Of a stretch of 64,000 nucleotides of DNA, positions 18,919 to 27,630 are shown one piece after another. Position 1 is the first letter of the stretch, and the number at the start of each line of letters is the position of its first letter. The position numbers and the translations under genes were made by a program. The stretch is taken from contig JASGCL010000002.1 of assembly GCA_030054115.1 (NCBI GenBank), forward strand, positions 23,374 to 87,373, given 5' to 3'. Source of the DNA: Hydrotalea sp. Its GTDB lineage: Bacteria > Pseudomonadota > Alphaproteobacteria > JASGCL01. The notes under the pieces are model-generated. The model worked only from the letters and a program-made list of their open reading frames with translations, searched no databases and had not been told where the DNA came from.

Positions 18919-20916
18919 ATGGGTAAAAGCCTAAAACGATTGGTGATTATTGGCGGTGGCCATGCCGGCACCGAGGCCGCCGCCGCGTCTGCGCGGTTAT
19001 TATCGGCGGCAGGGGGCGCGAAATCAGCGGTTGAGGTAATGCTTATCACCGGCGACCCGGCCACCATCGGCGAAATGTCATGCAATCCGGCGATTGGCGG
19101 TCTGGGCAAGGGGCATTTGGTCAAGGAAATTGACGCCATGGGCGGTATTATGGGCCGCGCCATCGACCGGGGCGGTATTCAATTCCGCCTGCTCAATCAA
19201 AGTCGGGGGCCGGCGGTGTTTGGCCCGCGCGCCCAGGCCGACCGCGGGCTTTACCGCGCCGCGGTGCAACAATTGCTGGCCGCCAATAAAAACTTGGTGA
19301 TTAAAAAAGGCCAGGTGAAAAAAATTATATTCGATGCACATAATAATGTAACCGGTGTCGGTGTGGGCGATGGTGCGGGCATAGCGGTTATTGATTGCGA
19401 TGCGGTGGTGTTGACAACCGGCACATTTTTGCGCGGCATGATTTATATCGGCGTTGACCATCAACAATCGGCTGGCCGCTGGGGAGAGGAAGCAGAAAAC
19501 ACCCTGTCCCTTAGCCTGGAGCATTTGGCGTTAAAACTGGGGCGGTTAAAAACCGGCACGCCGCCGCGCCTGTCAAAAAAAACGATAGATTGGGACAGCC
19601 TGCCGCAACAATTGGGCGACGACCAACCCGAACCATTTTCCTTTACCAATGATACCATCACGCAGAAACAAATTGCCTGCGCCATCAGCCACACCAACTC
19701 TGCGACCCATGATATTATTCGCGACAACCTTGGCCAATCGGCGATGTATGGCGGTGTGTTGTCGTCGAAGGGGCCGCGTTATTGCCCATCGATTGAGGAT
19801 AAAGTAACGCGCTTCGCCGATAAAACATCGCACCAGGTTTTTTTGGAGCCCGAGGGTTATGACGACGACACGGTTTACCCCAATGGCCTGTCAACCAGCT
19901 TGCCCCTGGCGATACAGCAACAATATATCAACAGCATGAAGGGCTTGGAACGTGCCAAAATTTTGCGTGCTGGCTACACCATCGAATATGATTTTATCGA
20001 CCCACGGCAAATCGACCAGGCATTAATGGTTAAGGGCGGTAATGGTGGCGGCGGCGGGTTGTTCCTGGCCGGGCAAATTAATGGCACCACGGGGTATGAG
20101 GAAGCCGCCGCCCAAGGGCTGGTGGCCGGCATAAACGCCGCCCGTTATATTACCGAACAACCGCCGGTGATTTTTTCGCGCACCACCAGTTACATCGGCG
20201 TGATGATTGACGACCTGACGCGCTTGGGCACGGCCGAACCATACCGCATGTTTACGGCGCGCGCTGAACATCGGTTGTTTTTGCGCCCCGATAACGCCGA
20301 TTTGCGCCTGACCCCCCTGGGGGTTGAGCTCGGGGTGGTGGCAGGCGAACAACAGAAAATCTTCAACGACAAAATGGCGCGGGCGGCAATATGGCGCGAT
20401 AAATTGCAAGCCAACCCCAAAAGCCCCAAGGAATGGGCGGCGCATGGCATCACCCTGAACCAAGATGGCAAAAGACGCGCCGGTTTCGACTTGCTGGCCA
20501 TGGTCTATCAAGAGCAGGTTAAGCAAACCGATAGCGACGGCAATGGTGCCAGCAATCATGGCGATGACACAATATGGCAAAAACTATGCGGTTTGTATGA
20601 TGGCTTGGCGACCGTTGACCGGCGGATAATTCGCACCATCATGGCCGAATCGCTTTACGCTGGTTACCGCGCCCGTTACGAACAGGAAATAAAAAATTAC
20701 GCCCGCGACCAATTTGTCGCCATACCGGCGGGGATTGATTATAAAAATATCGCCGGATTATCCGCTGAATTGGCCGAAAAATTGGCGCAGGCGCAACCAG
20801 AAAACCTGTCGGCCGCCAACCAGATTCAGGGCATGACGCCGGCCGGCCTGCATCGCCTGCAATCTTTTTTGGGACAAAAAATCGCGCAACAAACAAAACC
20901 GGCCAAGCCGGCGTAA
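18919..20916 (+). CDS. mnmG: tRNA uridine 5-carboxymethylaminomethyl modification enzyme
   Basis: FAD motif 'VIIGGGHAGTEAA', 'GLGKGHLVKEIDAMGG'. 665 aa. Classic GidA. Confidence 0.95.
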   Translation: MGKSLKRLVIIGGGHAGTEAAAASARLLSAAGGAKSAVEVMLITGDPATIGEMSCNPAIGGLGKGHLVKEIDAMGGIMGRAIDRGGIQFRLLNQSRGPAVFGPRAQADRGLYRAAVQQLLAANKNLVIKKGQVKKIIFDAHNNVTGVGVGDGAGIAVIDCDAVVLTTGTFLRGMIYIGVDHQQSAGRWGEEAENTLSLSLEHLALKLGRLKTGTPPRLSKKTIDWDSLPQQLGDDQPEPFSFTNDTITQKQIACAISHTNSATHDIIRDNLGQSAMYGGVLSSKGPRYCPSIEDKVTRFADKTSHQVFLEPEGYDDDTVYPNGLSTSLPLAIQQQYINSMKGLERAKILRAGYTIEYDFIDPRQIDQALMVKGGNGGGGGLFLAGQINGTTGYEEAAAQGLVAGINAARYITEQPPVIFSRTTSYIGVMIDDLTRLGTAEPYRMFTARAEHRLFLRPDNADLRLTPLGVELGVVAGEQQKIFNDKMARAAIWRDKLQANPKSPKEWAAHGITLNQDGKRRAGFDLLAMVYQEQVKQTDSDGNGASNHGDDTIWQKLCGLYDGLATVDRRIIRTIMAESLYAGYRARYEQEIKNYARDQFVAIPAGIDYKNIAGLSAELAEKLAQAQPENLSAANQIQGMTPAGLHRLQSFLGQKIAQQTKPAKPA

Positions 20917-20937
20917 AGCCTTGGCGGGGTTAATAAC

Positions 20938-21681
20938 ATGAAACATGTGCCACGATTTTATTGTCCGTCTGCGGTGGCGGCCGATGATTTGGCATTAACG
21001 ACTGACCAGCAACATCACCTGTTGGCGGTGTTGCGCCGCGCGGTGGGCGATGAATTGTTGTTGTTTAATGAACAGGTTGGCGAATGGCGGGCGGTGATTG
21101 CGGCGGTGAATAAAAAAACCGCGACGATAAAAATCATGGGAAAAGAAAAAACGCCACCCGCGCCGGTCGCTAAAACCATTTTGTTTTTTGCCCTGCTGGA
21201 AAAATCGCGGCTCGATATGCTTATCCCCAAATCGGTTGAGCTAGGGGTCAGCGACCTGGCACCGGTGATAAGCGAATTTACCGACCGCCGTGCCGATGAA
21301 TGGCAAAGGCAAAAGGAAAAATGGCAAAAGGTTGTGGTGGCATCGGCCGAGCAATCGGGGCGGTTGACCATGCCCCATTTGCATGACGCCACCAATTTAT
21401 CGGCGGTGGTAAAAACCGCGCAAGATATAGCAAAAACGCCCTGCCCCATTATTTACGCCGATGAAAAGGGCGGCGATGGTTTTTACCAAACCATGGCGTC
21501 CCTAGCGGCAAAAAACATTGCCCTGGTGGTTGGGCCGCCGGGCGGTTTCAGCGATGGTGAGCGGGCGATGCTCCGCCAGCAAGAAAATGTCCATGCGGTG
21601 CATTTGGGGCAAACCATATTGCGCAGTGAAACGGCGGCGATGGCGATGCTCGCGGGGCTTTTATTTTCACGCAAGTTATGA
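20938..21681 (+). CDS. rsmE: 16S rRNA (uracil1498-N3)-methyltransferase
   Basis: RsmE family N-terminus 'PRFYCP'. ~247 aa. SPOUT-type C-terminal. Confidence 0.8.
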   Translation: MKHVPRFYCPSAVAADDLALTTDQQHHLLAVLRRAVGDELLLFNEQVGEWRAVIAAVNKKTATIKIMGKEKTPPAPVAKTILFFALLEKSRLDMLIPKSVELGVSDLAPVISEFTDRRADEWQRQKEKWQKVVVASAEQSGRLTMPHLHDATNLSAVVKTAQDIAKTPCPIIYADEKGGDGFYQTMASLAAKNIALVVGPPGGFSDGERAMLRQQENVHAVHLGQTILRSETAAMAMLAGLLFSRKL

Positions 21682-21695
21682 TAGGGCGATAAATT

Positions 21696-23081
21696 ATGGC
21701 CAATGAGTCACCCATTATCACCAAAAAATCGCAACTGGCCGATTATATTGCCAGCGGTGAAAAGCCCAAGGACAAATGGCTTATCGGCACCGAACATGAA
21801 AAATTTTTGTATGATAAAAAAACCCAGAAGCGGGTGGCCTATTTCGGCAAAAACGGCATTCAAGAATTATTAACATTTTTGCAACAACAAACCGATTGGC
21901 AACCGATTTGGGAAGGGGATTACATCATCGGCCTGAATGGCGACAACATGGATTCCATCACCCTGGAACCCGGTGGCCAATTTGAATTATCGGGCGCGCC
22001 GTTGAAAAACTTGCACGAAACCTGCGCCGAGACCCACCGCCATTTGGAAATGATGCTAAAGGCCTGCGCTAAGTTTGATATCCAGATGTTTGGCCTGGGG
22101 CACGACCCGCTTCATAACCCCGACAGCATCGAATGGATGCCCAAAGGCCGCTACGCCCTGATGCGCAAATACATGCCGACCCGTGGTGGCCGTGGCACCG
22201 AAATGATGACGCAAACCTGCACCGTGCAGGTCAATTTGGATTTTTCGTCTGAGGCTGACATGATAAAAAAATTCCGCACGTCGCTCGCCCTGCAACCTAT
22301 TGCTTCGGCGTTGTTCGCCAATTCGCCCCTGATGAATGGCAAGCTAACCGATTATCAATCGACCCGCGTTGCGGTGTGGCAAGACACCGACCCCGACCGC
22401 ACCGGGTTCCCCAGCGTGGTGTTTGACGATGGTTTTGGTTATGACATGTGGGTCGATTACATGCTGGATGTGCCGATGTATTTTGTTAAGGATTACGATA
22501 AAGATTATGCGACAAATCACAAGATAACTTACCGCGACGCCCTGGGCAAAGATTTTAAAAAATTCATGGCCGGTAATTTAAGCGGGTTCGAAAATCGGCC
22601 GGCAACGCTTAAGGATTGGGACGACCATTTGACCGTGGTATTTACCGAGGTTCGATTGAAACGTTACCTTGAAATGCGCGGCGCGGATGTTGGCGAATGG
22701 CAACATCTATGCGCCCTGCCCGCCATTTGGGTTGGCTTGCTTTATGACCAATCAAGTTTGGATGCCGGTTACGACATGATAGCCAAATGGAGCATCGACG
22801 ACATGGCGGCAATGGCGCATGACGTGCCAAAATTGGGACTGCGCGCCAAATTGGGCAAGTTCAGCGTTTATGATTATTTAAAAGAAATGCTGGTGATTGC
22901 CGAACATGGGTTGAAGGCGCGGGCGGTAAAAAGCCAAATGGGGAGCGACGAAGGTATTTTTTTAGATTTCGTGCGCGAGGTGATGGCGTCGAAAGAATCG
23001 CAAAGCGACAAAATTATCAAACGTATTAACAACGATTTTGCCGGCGATGTGGCGGCTTTCGTCCGTCAGCTTTCCTATTAG
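21696..23081 (+). CDS. gshA: Glutamate--cysteine ligase (plant / alphaproteobacterial type, GCS2)
   Basis: 461 aa, 'SQLADYI...IGTEHEKF' N-terminal region typical of alpha-type GshA. Confidence 0.85.
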   Translation: MANESPIITKKSQLADYIASGEKPKDKWLIGTEHEKFLYDKKTQKRVAYFGKNGIQELLTFLQQQTDWQPIWEGDYIIGLNGDNMDSITLEPGGQFELSGAPLKNLHETCAETHRHLEMMLKACAKFDIQMFGLGHDPLHNPDSIEWMPKGRYALMRKYMPTRGGRGTEMMTQTCTVQVNLDFSSEADMIKKFRTSLALQPIASALFANSPLMNGKLTDYQSTRVAVWQDTDPDRTGFPSVVFDDGFGYDMWVDYMLDVPMYFVKDYDKDYATNHKITYRDALGKDFKKFMAGNLSGFENRPATLKDWDDHLTVVFTEVRLKRYLEMRGADVGEWQHLCALPAIWVGLLYDQSSLDAGYDMIAKWSIDDMAAMAHDVPKLGLRAKLGKFSVYDYLKEMLVIAEHGLKARAVKSQMGSDEGIFLDFVREVMASKESQSDKIIKRINNDFAGDVAAFVRQLSY

Positions 23082-23621
23082 CAATTTAAATTGATGAAAA
23101 AATGGCTCCGCCATTTGTTCATGACCGATATTTTCTTTATCACGCGGGCAAAGCCCGCGCGATGCAGGCGGGGGCGTCTTCACTTGCTTCTATACTGCGA
23201 AACCTTTTTTCCTCTACCCCGTCATTCTCGAAATCGTTGCGAGCGATATTGCTTAAAGCAATATCGCAAACCATTCGCAACGATTATCGGGAAACCATTC
23301 CTTGGCATCCTATTTCAACAAAATAATAATCATTTGGCGGTGAAGCTGTCATTTTATCTCTTAGCCCCGCTTAAACATAGAAACGGTAGAATAAAAATTG
23401 CGGTAATGCCTCCATTACTTCAGCCGCCGACGAGGGATAAAAATACGAACACCGCGACAGCGGTGGAGATATTTTTCGGGTGGGTTCGCCAATCTAATTC
23501 TAATTCAGCAATATGATTTGCGAAAATGTAAACGCCATACTTCATTCGATTTCTATAGGGCTTGACAAGGCGGCGTTAGAAATGATAAGCAAGCCCATTA
23601 TAAAAATTAAAAGGAAAAAAT

Positions 23622-23897
23622 ATGCCCAATAAAGCCCATGCGATTAAAAAACAACGCGTCGACGTGAAACGCCACAGCGTTAATCGCACCCGATTAAGCC
23701 GGATGCGCACGATTGTTAAAAAAGTTGAAGAGCAAATTGCCGCCGGCAAGCAAAAGGAAGCCATGGTGGCGCTACGCGCCGCCGCCGCCGTGTTGCAACG
23801 TGGCGCGCAAAAGGGCCTGATTAAAAAGGGCAATGCCTCGCGCCGCATTTCGCGCCTTAACAAGCGCATCAAAACCATGGGCAAAAAAGCCGCCTAA
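23622..23897 (+). CDS. rpsT: 30S ribosomal protein S20
   Basis: 'MPNKAHAIKKQRVDVKRH...RTIVKKVEE' matches the S20 family. 91 aa. Confidence 0.9.
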   Translation: MPNKAHAIKKQRVDVKRHSVNRTRLSRMRTIVKKVEEQIAAGKQKEAMVALRAAAAVLQRGAQKGLIKKGNASRRISRLNKRIKTMGKKAA

Positions 23898-23917
23898 TAG
23901 CGGAATTTCGGAAGAAT

Positions 23918-23943
23918 CGCCAAATATGTTGGCAGTTTTTTTC
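23918..23943 (+). terminator. Putative intrinsic terminator after rpsT
   Basis: Hairpin gccaa-atatg-ttggc followed by agttttttt. Confidence 0.4.
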
Positions 23944-24126
23944 CACTTATCATTAATTGTTGTTGCAGGATTAAAACGCCTCGCTGGTTGTGGCTGGTGG
24001 GGTTATAATCCTGGCTATATTGCGACGGGGTGAACTTCGTTGACGGCCATCGCATGATGGTTTTGAAAATCGCTGGTAATCAGTCTATAGTGAAAAGAAA
24101 ACAAAACAAATTCGGCAAAAACACCC

Positions 24127-25431
24127 GTGGTCAAAAAAACAAACCCCCAAGCAACATTCCAAGCAAGGGCGCAAGCAAAATCGCAAGCAGAAGCCCAAGC
24201 AGAAGTTTTGTCGCGCCGTTGGATGTTATGGCATTTGGCCGCGGCAAGTTTTACCTTGCCGGCGGCGATGCCGGGGTTGGTGGCCGCCGCCCAAACCAAT
24301 AAATCAGCCGCCCAAATGAATAAGCCGACGGGCAAGCCAGCGGTGGGCAATAACAGCAGGAATATCGCGGCGAATTTTTTTGTCGCCTCGCCCTTTTCGG
24401 CCGAATATAACAGCGCGGCCTACTTGGCCGACCGCCTGCTGGTAACCGCCAGCAATGATAAAACCGCCCGCGTTATCGAACCACAATTGGTGGCGTTTGA
24501 TTCTTACGCTTCATTATTAAAAAAACTTGGCGGTGTTAATGCCGGGTCGGTTATTTTGCCACTGGAATTTTTTAACCCGCAGGGCAATTTTATCGACCAA
24601 GCCAATTTGTTGAATTTGGGTTATCACGCCATGGCGGTGTTACGACCGGTGCCATTATTTTTGCTGGTGCGCAGTGGTATAAAAACCATCGACCAATTGT
24701 TACAAAAACCCACCGCCCGCGCCGCCGACAATTTGCTATTGGCACAATTGTTGGACAATTTCCTGACCAATCAATTCGCCAAATTGCCGCCCGTGGCGAA
24801 AAATAATGGCGACAATACCGCCGATAATGACAGCAGTGACGACGCCATGGGCGACACCACGGGCGACACCGCCTTGCCAATTGCGGAACAGGCCGCAACC
24901 TCGGCCGCCCCTCCCGCCGCCGCGCCGGCTGGCCCGCAACAAACAACGCCACCGGCAAGGCAAGGCGCGCTCGCCGATTATTATAATAATTTTGTCGGCC
25001 ATTATAATAACGACGAAGCCTTGCTACAACAATTTGCGATAGGCCAAATCGATTGGTTTTTTTCGCTTGGCTTCCTTGGCACGCCGGTCGGTGAAAAATT
25101 TTTAAAAAAAACCGGCGCGCGGGTTTTCTCCCTGGCGGCCGATAGTTTTGGCAATGTGTTCGGCGATGGCAATAACCAGGGTGATAATGTCGATTTTATT
25201 ACCTGTGATATCACAACCCTTAAAAACGGCACCAACTTCGCCTTCCCCCTGCTATGGTTGATAAAGGGTGATGACGCGGTGGTAAAAACCATCGACGCCC
25301 GCACCCGCACCCGTGGCAACAGCTGGGTATTGCCGCGCGAACAAAATGCCGATGGCAGCACCGCCGCGGTGGTGCGTTGGAACGGCTTCTCCTTCACCGA
25401 CTTGCTTTACCACCCCGCGCTGTTGTCTTAA
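24127..25431 (+). CDS. Hypothetical secreted protein with twin-arginine-like signal and a disordered Ala/Pro/Asp/Thr-rich linker
   Basis: GTG start. 'SRRWMLWHLAAASFTLPAAMPGLVAAAQ' resembles a Tat signal. Low-complexity stretch 'NNGDNTADNDSSDDAMGDTTGD...AAPPAAAPAGPQQTTPPA'. Confidence 0.5.
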   Translation: MVKKTNPQATFQARAQAKSQAEAQAEVLSRRWMLWHLAAASFTLPAAMPGLVAAAQTNKSAAQMNKPTGKPAVGNNSRNIAANFFVASPFSAEYNSAAYLADRLLVTASNDKTARVIEPQLVAFDSYASLLKKLGGVNAGSVILPLEFFNPQGNFIDQANLLNLGYHAMAVLRPVPLFLLVRSGIKTIDQLLQKPTARAADNLLLAQLLDNFLTNQFAKLPPVAKNNGDNTADNDSSDDAMGDTTGDTALPIAEQAATSAAPPAAAPAGPQQTTPPARQGALADYYNNFVGHYNNDEALLQQFAIGQIDWFFSLGFLGTPVGEKFLKKTGARVFSLAADSFGNVFGDGNNQGDNVDFITCDITTLKNGTNFAFPLLWLIKGDDAVVKTIDARTRTRGNSWVLPREQNADGSTAAVVRWNGFSFTDLLYHPALLS

Positions 25432-25462
25432 AAAAACCCCAAGAAAGGACTATCTTTAAAAA

Positions 25463-26020
25463 ATGTTATTCGACAACCAATTATTACAACGCGCCCATGC
25501 CTTGTTGCAGGCGGCGGCGAAACGCGGCGCAATATTGGCGACCGCCGAATCCTGCACCGGCGGTTTGTTGGCTGGGTTGTTGACATCGGTCGCCGGGGTG
25601 TCGCCGTTGTTTCACGGTGGGGTAGTGGTTTATCATAATTTATGGAAAGAAAACCTGCTGGCGGTGCCGCATGATATGTTGTTGCGCCATGGCGCGGTCA
25701 GCGCGCCGGTGGCGCGGGCGATGGCGACCGGCGTGTTTGATAACCTGCGCGATGATGCCATCACCCATTGCATGGCGATAACCGGCCTGGCGGGTGATGC
25801 CGCCGCTTATAAAATCGTGGCGGACAAACCCGTGGTTGATAATACCGATGATAATACAAGCGATAAACCAGATGGCTTGGTTTTTATCGCCGCCGGCAAT
25901 CGCGCGAAAAAAATACTGGTCGAGGAATATCATTTCGCCGGCGACCGCGAAGCCATCCGGCGGCAGACATTGCTTGCCGCCATGGACTTGCTGGAAAAAT
26001 TATGGCAAACTGAAGCATGA
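25463..26020 (+). CDS. pncC: CinA C-terminal domain protein / nicotinamide-nucleotide amidohydrolase
   Basis: 'ILATAESCTGGLLAGLLTSVAGVSPLFHGGVVVY' is the conserved CinA C-terminal motif. Confidence 0.8.
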   Translation: MLFDNQLLQRAHALLQAAAKRGAILATAESCTGGLLAGLLTSVAGVSPLFHGGVVVYHNLWKENLLAVPHDMLLRHGAVSAPVARAMATGVFDNLRDDAITHCMAITGLAGDAAAYKIVADKPVVDNTDDNTSDKPDGLVFIAAGNRAKKILVEEYHFAGDREAIRRQTLLAAMDLLEKLWQTEA

Positions 26021-26382
26021 GTAAAAAAATGCTTGAGGGTTCATGCCATTGCGGCGCGGTAACATTCCGCGCGCCAATTGACACCGATAAATTATCCGAA
26101 TGCAATTGTTCGTTCTGCACCAAGGCTGGGGTCTTGTGGTCGGTGCTCGACAGGCGAGATTTCGCCCTGTTGTCGGGCGGTGGCAACCTGACATCCTACA
26201 GCTTCACCAAGCGCAACATGTATACCCACCATTTTTGCAAAACCTGCGGCGTGCTTATCTATGCCGACAACAACCGCACCAAAACTGATAAGGTCGATGA
26301 GGTCGATATCAACGTGCGTTGCATCGCCGATATCGATTTTGCCGCGCTGGACATAGAATTGTTCGACGGCAAAAGCCTGTAA
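26017..26382 (+). CDS. GFA family (CENP-V / glutathione-dependent formaldehyde-activating-like) zinc protein
   Basis: Cys pattern 'CHCGAV...CNCSFC...HHFCKTCG'. Confidence 0.8.
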   Translation: MSKKMLEGSCHCGAVTFRAPIDTDKLSECNCSFCTKAGVLWSVLDRRDFALLSGGGNLTSYSFTKRNMYTHHFCKTCGVLIYADNNRTKTDKVDEVDINVRCIADIDFAALDIELFDGKSL

Positions 26383-26550
26383 CCCTCGGTAGCAGTTTTT
26401 TAAACCGCTCGCCCGCCAATTGTTGTGCGATTCATGGTTGATTCATAGTTGATTCTTGGGCGATTTGCTGGCAGGTTGTTTAACCTTGCTTTTTGCGCCA
26501 TCATCAGATAAGAATATAAAAAATCAGCAAGGAAATTTATAATTTTTTAA

Positions 26551-26627
26551 CGCGGGGTGGAGCAGTCTGGTAGCTCGTTAGGCTCATAACCTAAAGGTCG
26601 TAGGTTCAAATCCTACCCCCGCAACCA
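26551..26627 (+). tRNA. Initiator tRNA-fMet (anticodon CAT)
   Basis: Near-identical to the canonical bacterial tRNA-fMet (CGCGGGGTGGAGCAG...CTCATAA...GGTTCAAATCC...CCCCCGCAACCA), with the C1:A72 mismatch. The anticodon stem has only two of the three conserved G-C pairs. Confidence 0.85.
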
Positions 26628-26699
26628 AAAGTTCCAATCATCGCCTTGGGTTTTTTTATTGTTAATATCACTATTTTTTCATCCCCCAACGATTCAGCC

Positions 26700-27428
26700 A
26701 TGAACATTGCCAAACGAAACGATGGTCGCCAACCGCATGACATGCGGCCGATTATCATCACGCCAAACGCCAGCCGCTTTGCCGAAGGGTCATGCCTGGT
26801 GGAGTTTGGCTTGACGCGGGTGTTGGTCACCGCATCGGTTGAGGAGCAATTGCCGCCATTTTTGCGCGGTGGGAAAAAAGGTTGGGTCACCGCCGAATAT
26901 GCCATGTTGCCGCGCGCGACGCAAAACCGCCTCGACCGCGAACGGCAATTGCGCGACGGGCGGGTGAAGGAAATTCAACGTATGATTGGCCGTTGCCTGC
27001 GGTCGGCGACCGATTTGGTGGCATTGGGCGAACGCCAGGTCAAAATCGATTGCGATGTTATTTCGGCCGATGGTGGCACCCGCACCGCCGCCCTGTCGGG
27101 GGCGTGGGTCGCGCTTCATGTCGCCTGCAGTGGTTTGGTGAAGCAAGGGCTTATCGCCGCCAACCCGTTGAAATACCAATTGGCGGCGGTTTCGGTCGCG
27201 TTGGTCAATGGGCGGCCATTGCTGGATGTCGATTATTCCGAGGATTCGAACGCCAGCCTGGATGGTAATTTTGTTATTGCCAGCGACGGCAAATTATTGG
27301 AATTGCAATTGTCGGCCGAACAATCGCCATTTGTTGACGACGATATGTTGGCGATGTTGGCATTGGCGCGCCAGGGGGTTGCGGTTATTTTCGCCGCACA
27401 GAACAAGGCGATTGGCGTGGCAAAGTAA
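26700..27428 (+). CDS. rph: Ribonuclease PH
   Basis: Start trimmed to 'MNIAKRNDGRQPHDMRP...'. RNase PH fold motifs 'GSCLVEFG', 'ADGGTRTAA'. Confidence 0.9.
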   Translation: MNIAKRNDGRQPHDMRPIIITPNASRFAEGSCLVEFGLTRVLVTASVEEQLPPFLRGGKKGWVTAEYAMLPRATQNRLDRERQLRDGRVKEIQRMIGRCLRSATDLVALGERQVKIDCDVISADGGTRTAALSGAWVALHVACSGLVKQGLIAANPLKYQLAAVSVALVNGRPLLDVDYSEDSNASLDGNFVIASDGKLLELQLSAEQSPFVDDDMLAMLALARQGVAVIFAAQNKAIGVAK

Positions 27429-27630
27429 CCTTAAACCGCTTTTTCTTTCAGCAATCGTTTGTTTTTTAATTCGTCGCTTTTGCGTTGATGTTCGGCGGCT
27501 TCGCGGTTCATTTTATCGAGTGCGGCTTTTTTTTGTGCCCGTAATTGTTTATTTATCATAATCAGACCATAGCATGGTTTGGCAAAATAAAATAAGACAT
27601 AATTACCTTATTGAGATTAACCAGCCATTA

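Noticed and set aside
23091-23516. Track ORF of 141 aa in the gshA-rpsT spacer
   Set aside because: Composition (R/C/H-rich, 'RCRRGRLHLLLYCETFF') is not protein-like. The region is better explained as non-coding with hairpins, reported as a possible ncRNA or leader instead.
26606-26905. Minus-strand ORF overlapping tRNA-fMet and the rph start
   Set aside because: Overlaps a clear tRNA gene and the 5' end of rph on the opposite strand. Spurious.
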